The position numbers and the translations under genes were made by a program. A DNA stretch of 64,000 bases, from positions 9,920,001 to 9,984,000 of the forward strand of contig NC_043020.1 of assembly GCF_006345805.1 (NCBI RefSeq), read 5' to 3'. This DNA comes from Octopus sinensis (taxonomy: Eukaryota). Positions 13,621 through 27,351 of the stretch are shown here, in pieces; the stretch's first letter is position 1; the number at the start of each line of letters is the position of its first letter. A model generated the notes under the pieces. The model made no database searches. It saw nothing but the letters and a program-made list of their open reading frames with translations, and was not told the DNA's origin.

Positions 13621-13916
13621 TTATTATTATTATTATTATCATTATTATTATTATTATTAGGACCACTATTAATTGTTAGCATACCGAGAAAAATTCTTAG
13701 CAGCATCTCACCCGTCTTTACATTACTCTTTTACTTGTTTCAGTCATTTGAATGCGGCCATGCTGGAGCACCACCTTTAGTCGAGCAAATCGACCCCGGG
13801 ACTTATTCTTTGTAAGCCCAGTACTTATTCTATCGGTCTCTTGCTGAACCGCTAAGTGATGGGGACGTAAACACACCAGCATCGGTTGTCAAGTAATGCT
13901 AGGGGGACAAACACAG

Positions 13917-13969
<53 letters not shown>

Positions 13970-16929
13970 TACGACAGGCTTCTTTCAGTTTCCGTCTACC
14001 AAATCCACTCACAAGGCATTGGTCAGCCCGGGGCTATAGCAGAAGACACTTGCCCAAGATGCCACGCAGTGGGACTGAACCTGGAACCATGTGGTTGGTT
14101 AGCAAGCTACTTACCACACAGCCACTCCTGCGCTTTATAAGTTCAAATTCTGCCAAGGATGACCTTTACCTTTTATCCTTTCAGGGTCGATGTAATAAAC
14201 TTACCTGTCCCCCGAAATTGCTGGCCTTGTGCCAAAATTTGAAACCATTATCATTGTTGTTGCTATAATTAACAGTGGTTTTAATTTTTAGGATGCCTTG
14301 CAGTATTTCATTACTTCCCTTTATATATTCTGAAATGAAAATCCTGCCAAGCTCAATAAAATAAAGTTCCCTACACAAATACTGGGGTCAACTTCATTAA
14401 TTATCCCCCTGTGATTTTTTTTTTTTTGTGCTAGAAATCATTATATTATTAATGGCACTGAAGATTGTGTCTTTGGTTTATGTACCAAATTTCTAGCCAT
14501 AATATATATTAAGTCTTCTTGCCGGCCATTCTGTTCTTTGCTGAAAGAAGTATCGTATTTGATGGTATAAATGATGCACAGACATATTAGACACAGCCTA
14601 ATTTCAGAATATGTACAAGAACTAAGATTTAGTACATTTAAGTATGTAATGTAGGCACCAGGGTAATTTTTTTTTTTTTTTTGAGATGCTTTTGGAGGAA
14701 AAGTGCTTTTTATATGCCATCAAATATGGTACATTTAGACATAATGGAGATAAAAGGAAAAACAGTTTCCATTTACTCTTTACTCTCTTTACTCTTTTAC
14801 ATGTTTCAGTCATTTGACTGCGGCCATGCTGGAGCACCGCCTTTAGTCGAGCAAATCGACCCCGGGACTTATTCTTTGTAAGCCCAGTACTTATTCTATC
14901 GGTCTCTTTTGCCGAACCGCTAAGTGACGGGGACGTAAACACACCAGCATCGGTTGTCAAGCAATGCGAGGGGTACAAACACAGACACACAAACACATAC
15001 ACATACACACATATACATATATATACACATATACGACAGGCTTCTTTCAGTTTCCGTCTACCAAATCCACTCACAAGGCATTGGTCGGTCCGGGGCTATA
15101 GCAGAAGACACTTGCCCAAGATGCCACGCAGTGGGACTGAACCCGGAACCATGTGGTTGGTTAGCAAGCTACTTACCACACAGCCACTCCTGCGCCTATA
15201 TTTACTTAATTTTATAAAATTATTTACTTTGCGTTTTATTTACTTTGTTTGAAAAATATTTCATTTTCTTTGATATGTAATCAGCCTTGAAATACAAACA
15301 TACGCACAAGTCATTGTAGGATTGACTACTTACGATATATATTTGGGAATTTAGTATAAAAATTTTAATTTTCATACCTTTGTTACAAACTTTTGGCCAC
15401 AACTGTAATGTAGCCCTTTCTTCCTAGGCTAAAAAAATCTTCCTGAGTCATAGAGACTCACTCATATGGTTGATATCCTTTCTATTGCCCACTGGACAGG
15501 GCACCAGTCTCTTGCAGCTTTACTTACTTTTGCCAGCTGAGTTGACTGGAGCAACATGAAATGAAGTATTTTACTCAAGAACTCAACGTGTCACCTACTC
15601 CAGGAATCGAAACCACTATCTTATGATCACGAGTCCAACACCCCTTACCACTAAGCAGCATGCCTCCACTTTATTCTTAACTGATTTTGTATCTTTTAAA
15701 GCTGAACTGTTTGTAATCCTGCTGGTTTTTTAAAGTTCTCTAAGGGCCTCATCTGCTCCACTGCTCACATCAGATGAGGCCCTTAGGTTTGGTGAGTAGG
15801 ACCAAGAGGAAAGTTTTTTGTGAAGCAATGGGTATGCCCTTAAGAGAGATGCCAAGGTATTGTTCATTCATTATATAAGCGTTACCTGTAGTAAGTGCTT
15901 GTATTAGCAAGGAAGCAAAGGTACGAGAGGTATGGGTATCCTGAAGACCCAAGGTGGGAGGTAACGCTATGTAAGTGCTATGGAAGGACTGTAGTTAAAC
16001 TCTCGGTTCGATAATAATACAAGTGAGGAGTTTAATGCGGGTCTTGTATGAGCATGTATATGTTAAATGAAATGAGACAACAAAACCAAGGCTGTGTGGA
16101 CTTTTCAGGGCATTTATAGAGAAAGTTAGTCTTACAGCTGAAGAGAGAGAGGTAGAGACAGATATGTATATATATATATATATATGCTAGTGGCACATAA
16201 GCACCATCTGACTGTGGCCAATGCCAGCACTGCCTTTTGCTCATATATATATATATATATTATATTAAATTAGAGATAAAACCACTATTAGGCAAATCAA
16301 ACAATGAAAAACTTAAGCCAATACATAAAATTAATTAATTTATATTATTTTAAATATATATCAAAAGTATTAAAAGTTTAATAAAAGATAATGAGTAAAA
16401 CACTACGATCGTTTCATGGCTGTCCAATTCGTAATAATTTGAGTTATGGTTACAGTCAATCTTCAGGTAATTGAAATATTTATCTTAGCGAGGTTTAGCA
16501 ATGAACATGTATATATATGTATATATATAAAGTTAATCCAAACAAGAAAGCACAAAAAAACACACAACGCAAGGACGTGGAACAAATATAGTATTATTGG
16601 ACGCTCAGGAAAGAAGGAGGGTTTAACGTTTTGAGCGGAGCTCTTCGATCGGAAACATAGGAGAAGGGAAGACAGAGGAAAAAAAATCGCCAACAGTACA
16701 CACGAGGTCATATATATATATTTGGTCCAACCCATGCTAGCATGGAAAACGGATGTTAAATGATGATGATGATGATATATATATATGGCAAATGGAAGAT
16801 GGAATGTAGGAGAATTTATTATCATGACAATATATATACAGGTTTAGCAAAAAAATTCAATTATTTCATTTCAAATGCCCTCTATCTTTTTCTCTTAATT
16901 CAGTTAACATATTTACATTGCTTAATTGA

Positions 16930-18060
16930 CAGAGAGGAGTGCACCACAGGATTTCTTGATGATACTGTATTTTGGTTTGCATGGTTTTGTTGTGAATGTT
17001 TTGAGTGATGTGGCACTGTGCCGGGGCCCAATGATAATTGTAGTGTAGGTGATATGGAGACAGCTGTTGAGGTGTTGCATCATTAGCAAGTGCATTTAAG
17101 GACACCTGGTTGCATGTGGATAGTTGCTGTGGAGCTTCAGTATAGGAGGTTACCAATGTTCCTGTCTTTTCTTGGGAGGAGAGTGTGATTAGGACTGCTG
17201 TTGGATTGGAGAATCATTTGGGGTTTCTATAGGAGAGTGGATGGCTGTAGTGGGTGTCCAACTTGAGGGTCTGCATGTAGACAGATGGGAGAACAGTGCT
17301 ACGGTCTATAGCTTGGCAGAAAAGAGTGCAGGGTCCACAACTGATTGCGGGTACTCTCAATTCAGGAATAAGTGGTGTATTTTCTCATATCTGGGTTCAA
17401 AAGTTTGATTCAATACTGGTTAGTCAGTCAAAGTGGTAGAATTTGGAGAATAGTATAGTAGATTTAGTGTGTTTAAAATCAGAGGAATAGGGAAGAGGAG
17501 AATGAGAAATAGTGATGGAGATGTTGAGAAAAATAAGATATGTCAGATATTGAAGGAGTAAATTCAAAGATTAGGTTAAAGGAATTAATAAAAGAGGTGA
17601 ACCTATAAAGCTGTTGCCTGGTGAGCATCGTAGCACTGACACAGTTGTCAATAGAACAACAATAGAGATCAGGAATGGTTACTGTGGATTTGAGGAAAGA
17701 CTTGATTCTCAATGTACCCTACTAAAAGATTTGTGTAGGTGGGAGCCAAATCGGTACCCATAGTGACACCACTAAAATGATTGTAAAATTCTCCAGCAAA
17801 GAAAAAGGGGGAGAGGATGAGCTCATTTAAGTGAAGGAACTTGTACACATTGGTGTGGTCAGCCCAGTAAGTGTTTATGGTCTCAAAGGCCATCAATATG
17901 TGAGTAACTGAAGAGTGATTTAGTATCCATAGTGAGAAGGAGCTCTGACAGTGCAGACAGAAAAAGAATGGGTTTAGAGAAGAAAGAGACAGAAAAAGAA
18001 TGAGAAGAAAGAGTTTAGTGAATGGTTTTTATCTTTAATGTGTGAAAGCAAAGCAGTGTC
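16930..18060 (-). mobile_element. Decayed Penelope-like retroelement (spacer copy)
   Basis: SGVTMGTDLAPTYTNLLVGYIENQVF...IDNCVSA resembles the Penelope RT motif GxxMGxxxAPxYANLFxG..E...YIDD. Paralogous copies at 22700-25130 and 28300-29640. Confidence 0.65.
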
Positions 18061-18352
18061 AAGTGGTGATGATATTTTATCAAGAAAAATGCACTCAATC
18101 CAGGCAGCAAAAATTATTTGTGTGAGCAACAGACAAGAAAACACAATATCAAAGTTATGGACATACATGGCCATGTTGGATGGCTCTTCTTTCCGTGTGT
18201 GTGCCAGCTGGTGAAAACCACAGTAGGTGATGAGATGAAGGGTGATGATGGATGGTGAGAAGAAGGCATCACATCCCAACTAAACAGATGTAAAGTGATG
18301 ACAATGATAATAGCAAGAAACTTTTCACCTATACTTTCTGTTCGAATAATGC

Positions 18353-18358
18353 TTTATT
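18353..18358 (-). terminator. Poly(A) signal of exon A
   Basis: AATAAA in the context ttttgtgaAATAAAgcatt, conserved after all six exons. Confidence 0.65.
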
Positions 18359-18578
18359 TCACAAAATAATATATAATATATATTATCCTTTGTGTGAAAT
18401 CACTGATACAATAATCTTTCCATTCTTTGTTTCTTGTTTTTCTTTTTCACCTATGTTCCTTTTCTCCTTTCGTTTTCCCTACTTATTTTTTCTGAAATGC
18501 CCGGCCACAAACTTTTGTGTCAAAGAAGAACGTCTCAGAAACACGAAAGACAAAATATTCCTGTAGAAAACAAGAAAG

Positions 18579-19143
18579 CTAACACTGTGAACTATAAAGG
18601 TGATGCCTCTTTGGTTTTGCAAGTTCTGTTAAACGTTCACTAGCAACCACATTCTGTGTGGTGGGGTTCACTCTGAAGGGGTCATATATGTCCTTACTCA
18701 TTTTCCTAGGCAGTGGTGTGCTTAGTTCTACCAGCCTTTGTGATGTTTTCCTTTTCAATGCTGAGTTGTTAATGCGGTGCTGAATCTCTTGATGTACTGA
18801 GTTACAAGAATGACATGCCTTTCCGACTGCTAGACTTCCCAGCGTTGGACAGACTGCACTACAGTAAACAGCGTCTCTTTTGCTTTCATACAACTTACTT
18901 TTCTGAAATTCCGCAAGCCAACAAATTGAGTGACGTGGTATCGGTACAGTAAGTATGTGAATTAAAGGTGATGGCTTTGCAATTTTGGTTGGTAATGGTC
19001 TCGCTGGCTTTGCAATTTTAGTTGGTAATGGTCTCGCTGTTATAATATGTGGATGAAATTGCTTTGAAACTGCAAGGTGAATCACTCTTGGACTGCAATT
19101 AGCATTCAGGGCAGCAGTTGACACTTGCCACTGGGATGTTGCT
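18579..19143 (-). CDS. THEG: THEG-like terminal exon A (distal)
   Basis: Same acceptor. Encodes ATSQWQVSTAALNANCSPRVIHLAVSKQ...VASERLTELAKPKRHHLYSSQC*. Carries an in-frame 33-nt tandem duplication. Confidence 0.8.
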
Positions 19144-20057
19144 CTGAAAGAAACACAAATTGTTTAATGAATGCTCTCTTTATTTTCCTCCTAGTATATT
19201 TATTTACATAGCTTGTTTGAAGGAGAGGAGACTTTCGGGTTAGGGACAGAAAGCTGGGGTAAGAAAGGAAGGCCTAAAACTGAAAATGGAATTGCTGACG
19301 TGCGAGAGAGGTTACAGAGAGTAAGGCAAGTCATTCATTTGTATCCACCAGTGTTGTGATTCCAAGTAGGTTTAAGCATAAGGGATTTTCTTTCTACTTC
19401 TCTGGATATGTGAAGACGCTGCACAGTGATGGATGAATGATGGTGCACATACCAACCCTATTAAGTTGTTTGTTAAATTTGCCAGAGAAAGAGAAAAGCA
19501 TTAGGATGAGTTCATCTATATTGAAGAACATAGATGTGAACAGCAACCAAAATCTAGGAGGTGCTGTTATGCCAGGTGATAAGATTGCTGTCTACACCAC
19601 CAAAACTAATTATGGTCTACTGGACACAATTTGTGTATTGCAATCTTTAGCAGACTTGATAGGGTATGTACATGTAGAAATGTGCCACATGTAGAAAGAT
19701 GCCACATGCAGATTTTGTTAGATAATAAAAATGCAGTCAGTACAAGCTGCGAAAATGTTTGCATGCAAAATAGCCATAAAGACATACCCGATTTAGGGGT
19801 ATACACAAGAAGATTGGACATCTTTTTTCTCCTTGAATATATAACAACTGGTAGAAACCACAGTAAATGATGAGGCAAAGAATGAGGGTGATCAGTGAAA
19901 CAAACCAGACCCATCCAACCAACCAATGAATAAAAAAAAAAGTAAACATGTAAAATGACGATGATAATGTTATGGACAAAGATGATAACAAAGACATCAA
20001 TATAAACAATGATGATGGTAAGAAATATTATACCTATACTTTCTGTTGAAATAATTC

Positions 20058-20063
20058 TTTATT
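20058..20063 (-). terminator. Poly(A) signal of exon B
   Basis: ttttgtgaAATAAAgaatt downstream of the stop. Confidence 0.65.
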
Positions 20064-20326
20064 TCACAAAATAATATATTATATATATATTATGCTTAGT
20101 GTCTAATCACTGACACTCAAATCATTTCATCCTTTTTTTTCTGACTGAGATGATATTTCATATATTGGGGAGATTTCCTACATTTTTTTATTTTGCTTCA
20201 TTTTAAGGGATTTTTTCCCCCTTCTTATTTTCTGAAATGCAAGCCCACACACTTTTGTAAAGAAAATATATTTCAAATACTCGAAACGTGATTTCTGTAG
20301 AAAAGTTTAAAATTAAAATAGTTAAC

Positions 20327-20861
20327 TTAAAGTCCGTATTTCTTTGGTCTTGCAAGTTCCACGATTCGATCACTAGCAACAGCAGGCTGTACAGAGAAAT
20401 CCACTTTCAAAGGCGTATCTGTGTTCTTAATCAGTCTTCTAGGATTTGGGCTGCTTAATTTCTCTATTCTCGGTGATGGTACAGCAGTCAATGCTGCCTT
20501 AGTAATGCGGCGCTGACTTGGTAGATTTGGTACAAAACTTGGATGCAATCCCTTGCTGACTGCTAACTTTTCCAGCCTCGGAAAAGATTCACTACTGATA
20601 ACAGAAGTTTGTTTAGTTGCATACAACTTTTTTTTCTGAACTTGTGGAAGACTAATATTTTTTCTCCGCAATGCTGGTACAGAAAGTGAAATAATTCGAG
20701 ATGAAGGTTTTGCAGTTCTGGCTGACAACGGCACTTCAGCTGGCACTGGTCTTGCTGCTTCAAAATTTGGATGAAGTTTCTTTGAAACTGCAAGGTCAAC
20801 CACTCTTGGACTGCAATTAGCACTCAGGGCAGTGGGAGCCACTTGCCACGCGGAAGTTGTT
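20327..20861 (-). CDS. THEG: THEG-like terminal exon B
   Basis: Same acceptor. Encodes TTSAWQVAPTALSANCSPRVVDLAVSKK...VASDRIVELARPKKYGL*. No Met in frame. Confidence 0.85.
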
Positions 20862-21771
20862 CTGAAAGAAACACAAATTGTTTAATGAATGCTCTCTTTA
20901 TTTTCCTCCTAGTATATTTATTTACATAGCTTGTTTGAAGGAGAGGAGACTTTCGGGTTAGGGATAGAAAGCTGGGGTAAGAAAGGAAGACCTAAACCTG
21001 AAAATGGAATTGCTGACGTGCGAGAGAGGTTACAGAGTGTAAGGCAGGTCATTCATTCATATCCACCAGTGTTGTGATTCCAAGTAGGTTTAAGCATAAG
21101 GGATTTTCTTTCTACTTCTCTGGATATGTGAAGACGCTGCACAGTGATGGATGAATGATGGTGCACATACCAACCCTATTAAGTTGTTTGTTAAATTTGC
21201 CAGAGAAAGAGAAAAGCATTAGGATGAGTTCATCTATATTGAAGAACATAGATGTGAACAGCAACCAAAATCTAGGAGGTGCTGTTATGCCAGGTGATAA
21301 GATTGCTGTTTACACCACCAAAACTAATTATGGTCTACTGGACACAATTTGTGTATTGCAATCTTTAGCAGACTTGATAGGGTATGTTACATGTAGAAAT
21401 GTGCCACATGTAGAAAGATGCCACATGCAGATTTTGTTAGAAAATAAAAATGCAGTCAGTACAAGCGGCGAAAATGTTTGCATGCAAAATAGCCATAAAG
21501 ACATACCCGATTTAGGGGTATACACAAGAAGATTGGACATCTTTTTTCTCCTTGAATATGACAACTGGTAGAAACCACAGTAAATGATGAGGCAAAGAAT
21601 GAGGGTGATCAGTGAAACAAACCAGACCCATCCAACCAACCAATGAATAAAAAAACAAGTAAACATGTAAAATGATGGCAGTAAAAAAGCCGAAGATAAC
21701 CACAAAGATATTGACTTAAACAATGATGATGGTAAGAAACATTTCACCTATACTATCTGTTGAAATGATGC

Positions 21772-21777
21772 TTTATT
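21772..21777 (-). terminator. Poly(A) signal of exon C
   Basis: ttttgtgaAATAAAgcatc downstream of the stop. Confidence 0.65.
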
Positions 21778-22050
21778 TCACAAAATAATAGATTAAATAC
21801 ATATAATGTTTAGTGTCTGATCATTATCACTCAAATTATCTCATCATTTTTTTTTTCTTACTGAGACGATATTTTATATTTTGGTGAGGTTTCATTTTCA
21901 TACATTTCTTTGTCTTGCTTCGTGTTAAGGGATTTTTTCCCCTTCTCATTTTCTGAAATGCAAGCCCACACAATTTTGAAAAGAAAAAATATTTCAAATA
22001 CTCGAAACATGAAGATTTCTGTAGGAAAGTTTAAAGTTATAATAGTTAAC

Positions 22051-22585
22051 TTAAAGTAGGTGTTTCTTTGGTCTCGCAAGTTCCACGATTCGATCACTAG
22101 CAACCACACGCTGTGTGGTGGGGTTCACTTTGAAAGGCTCAAATGTGTTCTTAATCAGTCTCCTAGGAAGCGGACTGCTTAGTTCCTCTAATCTCGGTGA
22201 TGGCATAGCAGACAATGCTGCCCTGGTAACGGGGCGCTGACTTGGTAGATTTGGTACGAAATTTGGATGCAATCCCTTGCTGACTGCTAACTTTTCCAGC
22301 CTCGCAAAAGTTGCACTACTGCTAAAAGTAGCTGGTTTAGTTGCATGAAACTTAGTTTTCTGACCTTCCTGAACATTAGCATTTATTCTCCGCGATAATG
22401 GTTCAGAAAGTAAAATAATTCGAGGTGAAGGTTTTACATTTCTAGCTGACAATGGCACATCAGTTTGCACGGGTCTCGGTGCGATAAAAAGTGGATGAAA
22501 TTTCTTTGAAACTGCAAGGTCAGTCAGTCTTGGACTGCAATTAGCATTCAGAGCAGCAGGAGACACTGGCCACTGGGGTGATGAC
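22051..22585 (-). CDS. THEG: THEG-like terminal exon C
   Basis: Same acceptor. Encodes SSPQWPVSPAALNANCSPRLTDLAVSKK...VASDRIVELARPKKHLL*. Confidence 0.85.
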
Positions 22586-23493
22586 CTGAAAGAAACACAA
22601 ATTGTTTAATGAATGCACTCTTCCTGTTTTTTCTTAGTTTATTTATTTACATGGCTTTTTGAAGGAAAGGTTTTCAGCTTGGGGTGAGAGGAAATGTTGG
22701 GGCCGATGGAGGGTATAGATAGGATAACTGAACTGGAAGTACATGAAGTGAAGGGTAGGACATTGATTTATAGCCATCAGTGTTGTGGGGCAGGCAGGTT
22801 TGAGCGAGAGGGTGTAGGTCTTTCTATTTCCTTGGGTGTGTAGAGGTACTGCACATTGATGAATGGGGGATGGAGTGGCCTGCTCTGTTGAGTTGTGTGA
22901 CCTTTGTGGTGGTGTGGTCCAGGTATGTCTACAGAGGGGATCAACAATGCATCTGCCTGTTTCCCCAATATAGAATGCACCATAGGATTTTTGGATGATA
23001 CTGTATTTGAGTTTGCATGATGTGCTGTGAATGTTTCGGGTGAAGTGGTGTTGTGGCCAGGACCCAAATATAATTGTGATGTAGAGACAGGTACATTTAA
23101 GGGCACCTGGTTGTGTGTGGATAGTCGCTGTGGAGCTTCAGTATAGGAGGTTACCAATGTTCTTGTCTTTCTTGGAAGTAGGGAGTGATAAGAACTGCTG
23201 TTGGATTGGAGAATTATATTTGAAATTTGCAGACAATTGTGTTTTAGTAAGAGGGCGGATAGTTGTAGTGGGTGTCCAACTTGGAGCTGTGGATATAGAG
23301 GGGTGGAAGAAGAGTGCCACTGTCTCTCACCTGGCAGAAAAGCGTGCATGGTTCACAACTGATTGTGGGTACTCTCAATTCAGGAAAATTTTGCATTTTA
23401 CCCATATCTGGGTGCAAAATTTTGATTCAATACTGCATAGTCAATGAAGTTGGTGGATTTTGGAGAATGGTGTAGCAGATTTAGTGTGTTTAA

Positions 23494-24570
23494 CCCTTTC
23501 GTTACCAAACCACCCGAAAAAAACTTTGGTTAATGTGACCAAACCGCCCAAAGCCGCCTGAATTTATCTATTCATATTTAAATGAGAATATCAGAGCAAA
23601 TCTCTTTAGTACATTCATGAAAATACGTATTATACTTCGTAAAGAGTTCAACTACAGTTTTGTACAAAAATCGAAGTGTAATTTTAATTCCGTGAATTTT
23701 GGGAGATTTTTTTCCGAAATTTGTTCCTATTGTGTTTTCAAAGTTTGTAATTCTGACAAAAAATGGATACGAATTTCATTATATCAAGCAGCGAGTCAGA
23801 ATTCGAAGGATTTTCTACTGAAGACCTTCATAAATCTAACTCTATGACTGAAAAAAAAAAGCATGTGGTATTTGATAATGAATCTGATGTTTCATTTTCC
23901 GAAAGTGAAAACAGTGAATCCGAGAGCTCCGACAGCGATAAAGAAAATGAATTGGCACCTGAATGGAGTGAAAATTTAAAAACTGTTTCTTTCGGTGATT
24001 TTTCTGAAGAAACTGGACCAAGCCACAGACTTTCCCAGAAGAGTAAAGCCTTAGACTATTTCTTTTTACTTTTTCGAATGAGCCTATTTGAAATCATTAC
24101 GGTAGAAACGAACCGTTACGCTAAATGTAAACAAAACGAAAGAAAGGATACTTTGTGGTTTCCCACAACCTTAAATGAAATTAAGGCTTATTTTGCCATA
24201 AATATTATTATGTGTATCAGAGAGTTACCCAGAATAACAAATTCTATCGTAAAATTTTGTTGTATACCCAATTGAATATTAGCTAATAACCCATTTTCTA
24301 TAGCGATGTTTGAACAAAATTTTAATAATTTTATATTTTGTTGAATTTACCTGTATCTACCTGCAATTAGAGTCACTTTGTGACAAAAATTATAGTATAG
24401 AATTGGTTGAGAACATTTCATTAAATTATCTTCCAAAATTCACGTTAATATATTGATAAATAAAAAAGTTATAGTTGTTTAATGAAACCAGACTAAATTT
24501 ATGATTATGTTAGAAATTAATTGAAACACATAAGGGGTGTATTTTGGTCAGAAATATAGTAACGAAAGGG
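23494..24570 (+). mobile_element. piggyBac element, internally deleted
   Basis: TTAA flanks (23490-23493 and 24571-24574), TIR CCCTTTCGTTAC...GTAACGAAAGGG, truncated PGBD-like ORF 23763-24275 (acidic N-terminus, DYFFLLF...VETNRYA...WFPTTLNEIKAYF). Confidence 0.85.
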
Positions 24571-25756
24571 TTAAGATCTTAAAAGGAATAGTGGAGAGAG
24601 GAATGAGAAATATTGAAGGTGATGTTGAGAAAAGCAATTGATATGTCAGATATGATAAGAGTAAGTTCCAAAATAAGGTAAAAAGAGTTCAAATAAAAAA
24701 TAGATGAAACTACCAATCTGTTGCCTGGTGTGAGTGATAGCACCAACACAGTTGACAACAGAACAACCATGCAACACAGCAGTGGTTACTGTGAGTTAGG
24801 GAAACACTTAATTTTTAATATACCCTACTAAAAGATTTGTGTAGGTGGGAGCCATATCGGTACCCATAGTGACACCACTATACTGTTTGTAAAATTCTCC
24901 AGTGAAGGAAAAGAGAGAGGGAGGTTGAGATCATTTAAGTAAAGGAATCAGATAGTGTTGTGTACACATAGGTGCTGTCAGTCTTGTAAGCTTGTAAAAG
25001 CTGACAACATTACCTGTGGAAGATGACTGAATGAGGTGTAGTGAGATGGAGCTTTGCCAGCACAGGGAGAAAAGAGAACAAGAAGAATTTAGTACATGGG
25101 TTTTATCTTTGATGTGTAAAGTGTAAGGCAGTGTCAAGTGGTTCCATCAAGAAAAATGTACTCAGCCCAGGCAGCAACAACTATTTATATGAGGAATAGA
25201 TTAAAAAAAAAAACAATACCAAAATTATGGACTGGCCGATGCCAGCGCCGCCTCGACTGGCTTCCGTGCCGGTGGCACATAAAATACACCAATCCGACCA
25301 TGGCCGTTGCCAGCCTCGCCTGGCACCTGTGCAGGTGGCACGTAAAAAAGCACCCACTACACTCACAGAGTGGTTGGCGTTAGGAAGGGCATCCAGTTGT
25401 AGAAACACTGCCAGATCAGACCGGAGCCTGGTGCAGCCTTTCTGGCTTCCCAGATCCCCGGTCGAACCGTCCAACCCATGCTAGCATGGAGAACGGACAT
25501 TAAACGATGATGATGATGATGATATATAACTATTTTGAATAGCTTTTCTCCCTCAGTGTATGCCAGCTGGCGATGAGCAAAGGATGATGATGGACACTAA
25601 GACAAAAGCACCACATCCAACCAACCAACCAAAGCAAAAAAAAATGTAAAAGATGTAAAATGATGATGGCAACAACAAAGATGAAAACAAAGATATTCAC
25701 AAATACAATGATAATGGCAAGAAACATTTCACCTATACTTTTCGTTCAAATAATGC

Positions 25757-25762
25757 TTTATT
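25757..25762 (-). terminator. Poly(A) signal of exon D
   Basis: ttttgtgaAATAAAgcatt downstream of the stop. Confidence 0.65.
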
Positions 25763-26007
25763 TCACAAAATAATATATAATGCATATTATCCTTTGTGTA
25801 TAACCACTGATACAAAAATCATTTCATTCTTTTGTTTCTGAGTCAGACAATATCTATAATTTTAGTGAGTTTTTTTCTTACTTTTCGTTTTTGCCTATGT
25901 TTGTTTTCTTCTTTTATTTTTCCTACTTATTTTTTCTGAAATACCCGGCCACAGAAGAACGTCTCAGAAACACGAAAGACAAAATATTCCTGTAGAAAAC
26001 AAGAAAG

Positions 26008-26551
26008 CTAACATAGTGAACTATAAAGGTGATGTGTCTTTGGTTTTGCAAGTTCTGATAAACGTTCACTAGCAACTGCATACTTTGCAGTGGGGATCAC
26101 TTGGAAAGGGTTGTATATGTCCTTAATCATTTTCCTAGACAGTGGTGTGCTTAGTTCTACCAGCCTTGGTGGTATTTTTATGTTCAAATGTGGCTTGGTA
26201 ACGGGCTGCTGAATTTGGTGACTCGTTCTGCTATGTAGTGACTTTCTGATTGCTAACATTTCCTGCTTTGTATAGGTTGTACAATTGCTAACCGAAATTC
26301 TTTTGTCTTCATACAACTTACTTTTCTGAAATTCCACAAGCTTACACTCTGCGTGACGTGGCACTGGTACAGCAAGTATACGAAGTCGAGGAGTTGGTCT
26401 TGCAGTTCTGGCTGACAACGGCACTTCAGCTGGCACTGGTCTTGCTGCTTCAAAATTTGGATGAAGTTTCTTTGAAACTGCAAGGTCAACCACTCTTGGA
26501 CTGCAATTAGCATTCCGGGCAGCAGTTGACACTGGCCACTGGGGTGTTGTT
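26008..26551 (-). CDS. THEG: THEG-like terminal exon D
   Basis: Same acceptor. Encodes TTPQWPVSTAARNANCSPRVVDLAVSKK...VASERLSELAKPKTHHLYSSLC*. Confidence 0.85.
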
Positions 26552-27351
26552 CTGAAAGAAACACAAATTGTTTAATGAATGCTCTCTTTCTTTTTCTCCT
26601 AGCATATTTATTTACATTGCTTGTTTGAAGGAGAGGAGGCTTTCAGGTGTGGGACAGAAAGAAAGGTTGGGAAAGATTTGCTATTCAATGTGGCCTACAA
26701 CAATCTTTGGATAAGTTGCACCCATCTTGGTGCTCATACCAATCCTGTCAATATGTTTGTAATATACTCCAGTAAAGAAAAAAGGGTTAGGATGGGTCCA
26801 GCTATGTTGAGAAACATAGACATGTACAGTAACCAAAATCCAGGAGGTGCTGTTATGCCAGGTGATAGATTGCTGTCTACACCACCAAAACTAATTATGG
26901 TCTACTGGACACAATTTGTGTATTGCAAATCTATAGCAGACTCGAAAAGATATGTTACATGTAGAAATGTGCCACATGTAGAAAGATGCCACATGTAGAT
27001 TTTGTTAGAAAATAAAAATGCAGTCAGTACAGGCTGCGAAAATGTTTGCATGAGTAATGGTCATAAAATAAAACCCCACCAAAATTGAGAACATACACAA
27101 GGAAGGTTTGGAAACCTTTAACTCTCCTTGCATATGCCAGCTGGTGGAAACCACAGTAAATGATGAGACAAAGAATGAAGGTGATCAGTGAAACAAAAGC
27201 AGACCCATCCAACCAACCAATGAATAAAAAAAAAAGTAAACATGTAAAATGACGATAATAATGTTATGGACAAAGATGATAACAAAGACATCGATATAAA
27301 CAATGATGATGGTAAGAAACATTTTACCAATACTTTCTGTTGAAATAATGC

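Noticed and set aside
19437-21747. Repeated spacer ORFs (MMVHIPTLLSC..., also 26621-26998)
   Set aside because: Antisense to decayed Penelope-like sequence, with length and stops differing between paralogous copies.
23763-24275. Domesticated PGBD gene
   Set aside because: The ORF is truncated before the catalytic core and lies between intact TIRs and TTAA, so it is a deleted transposon.
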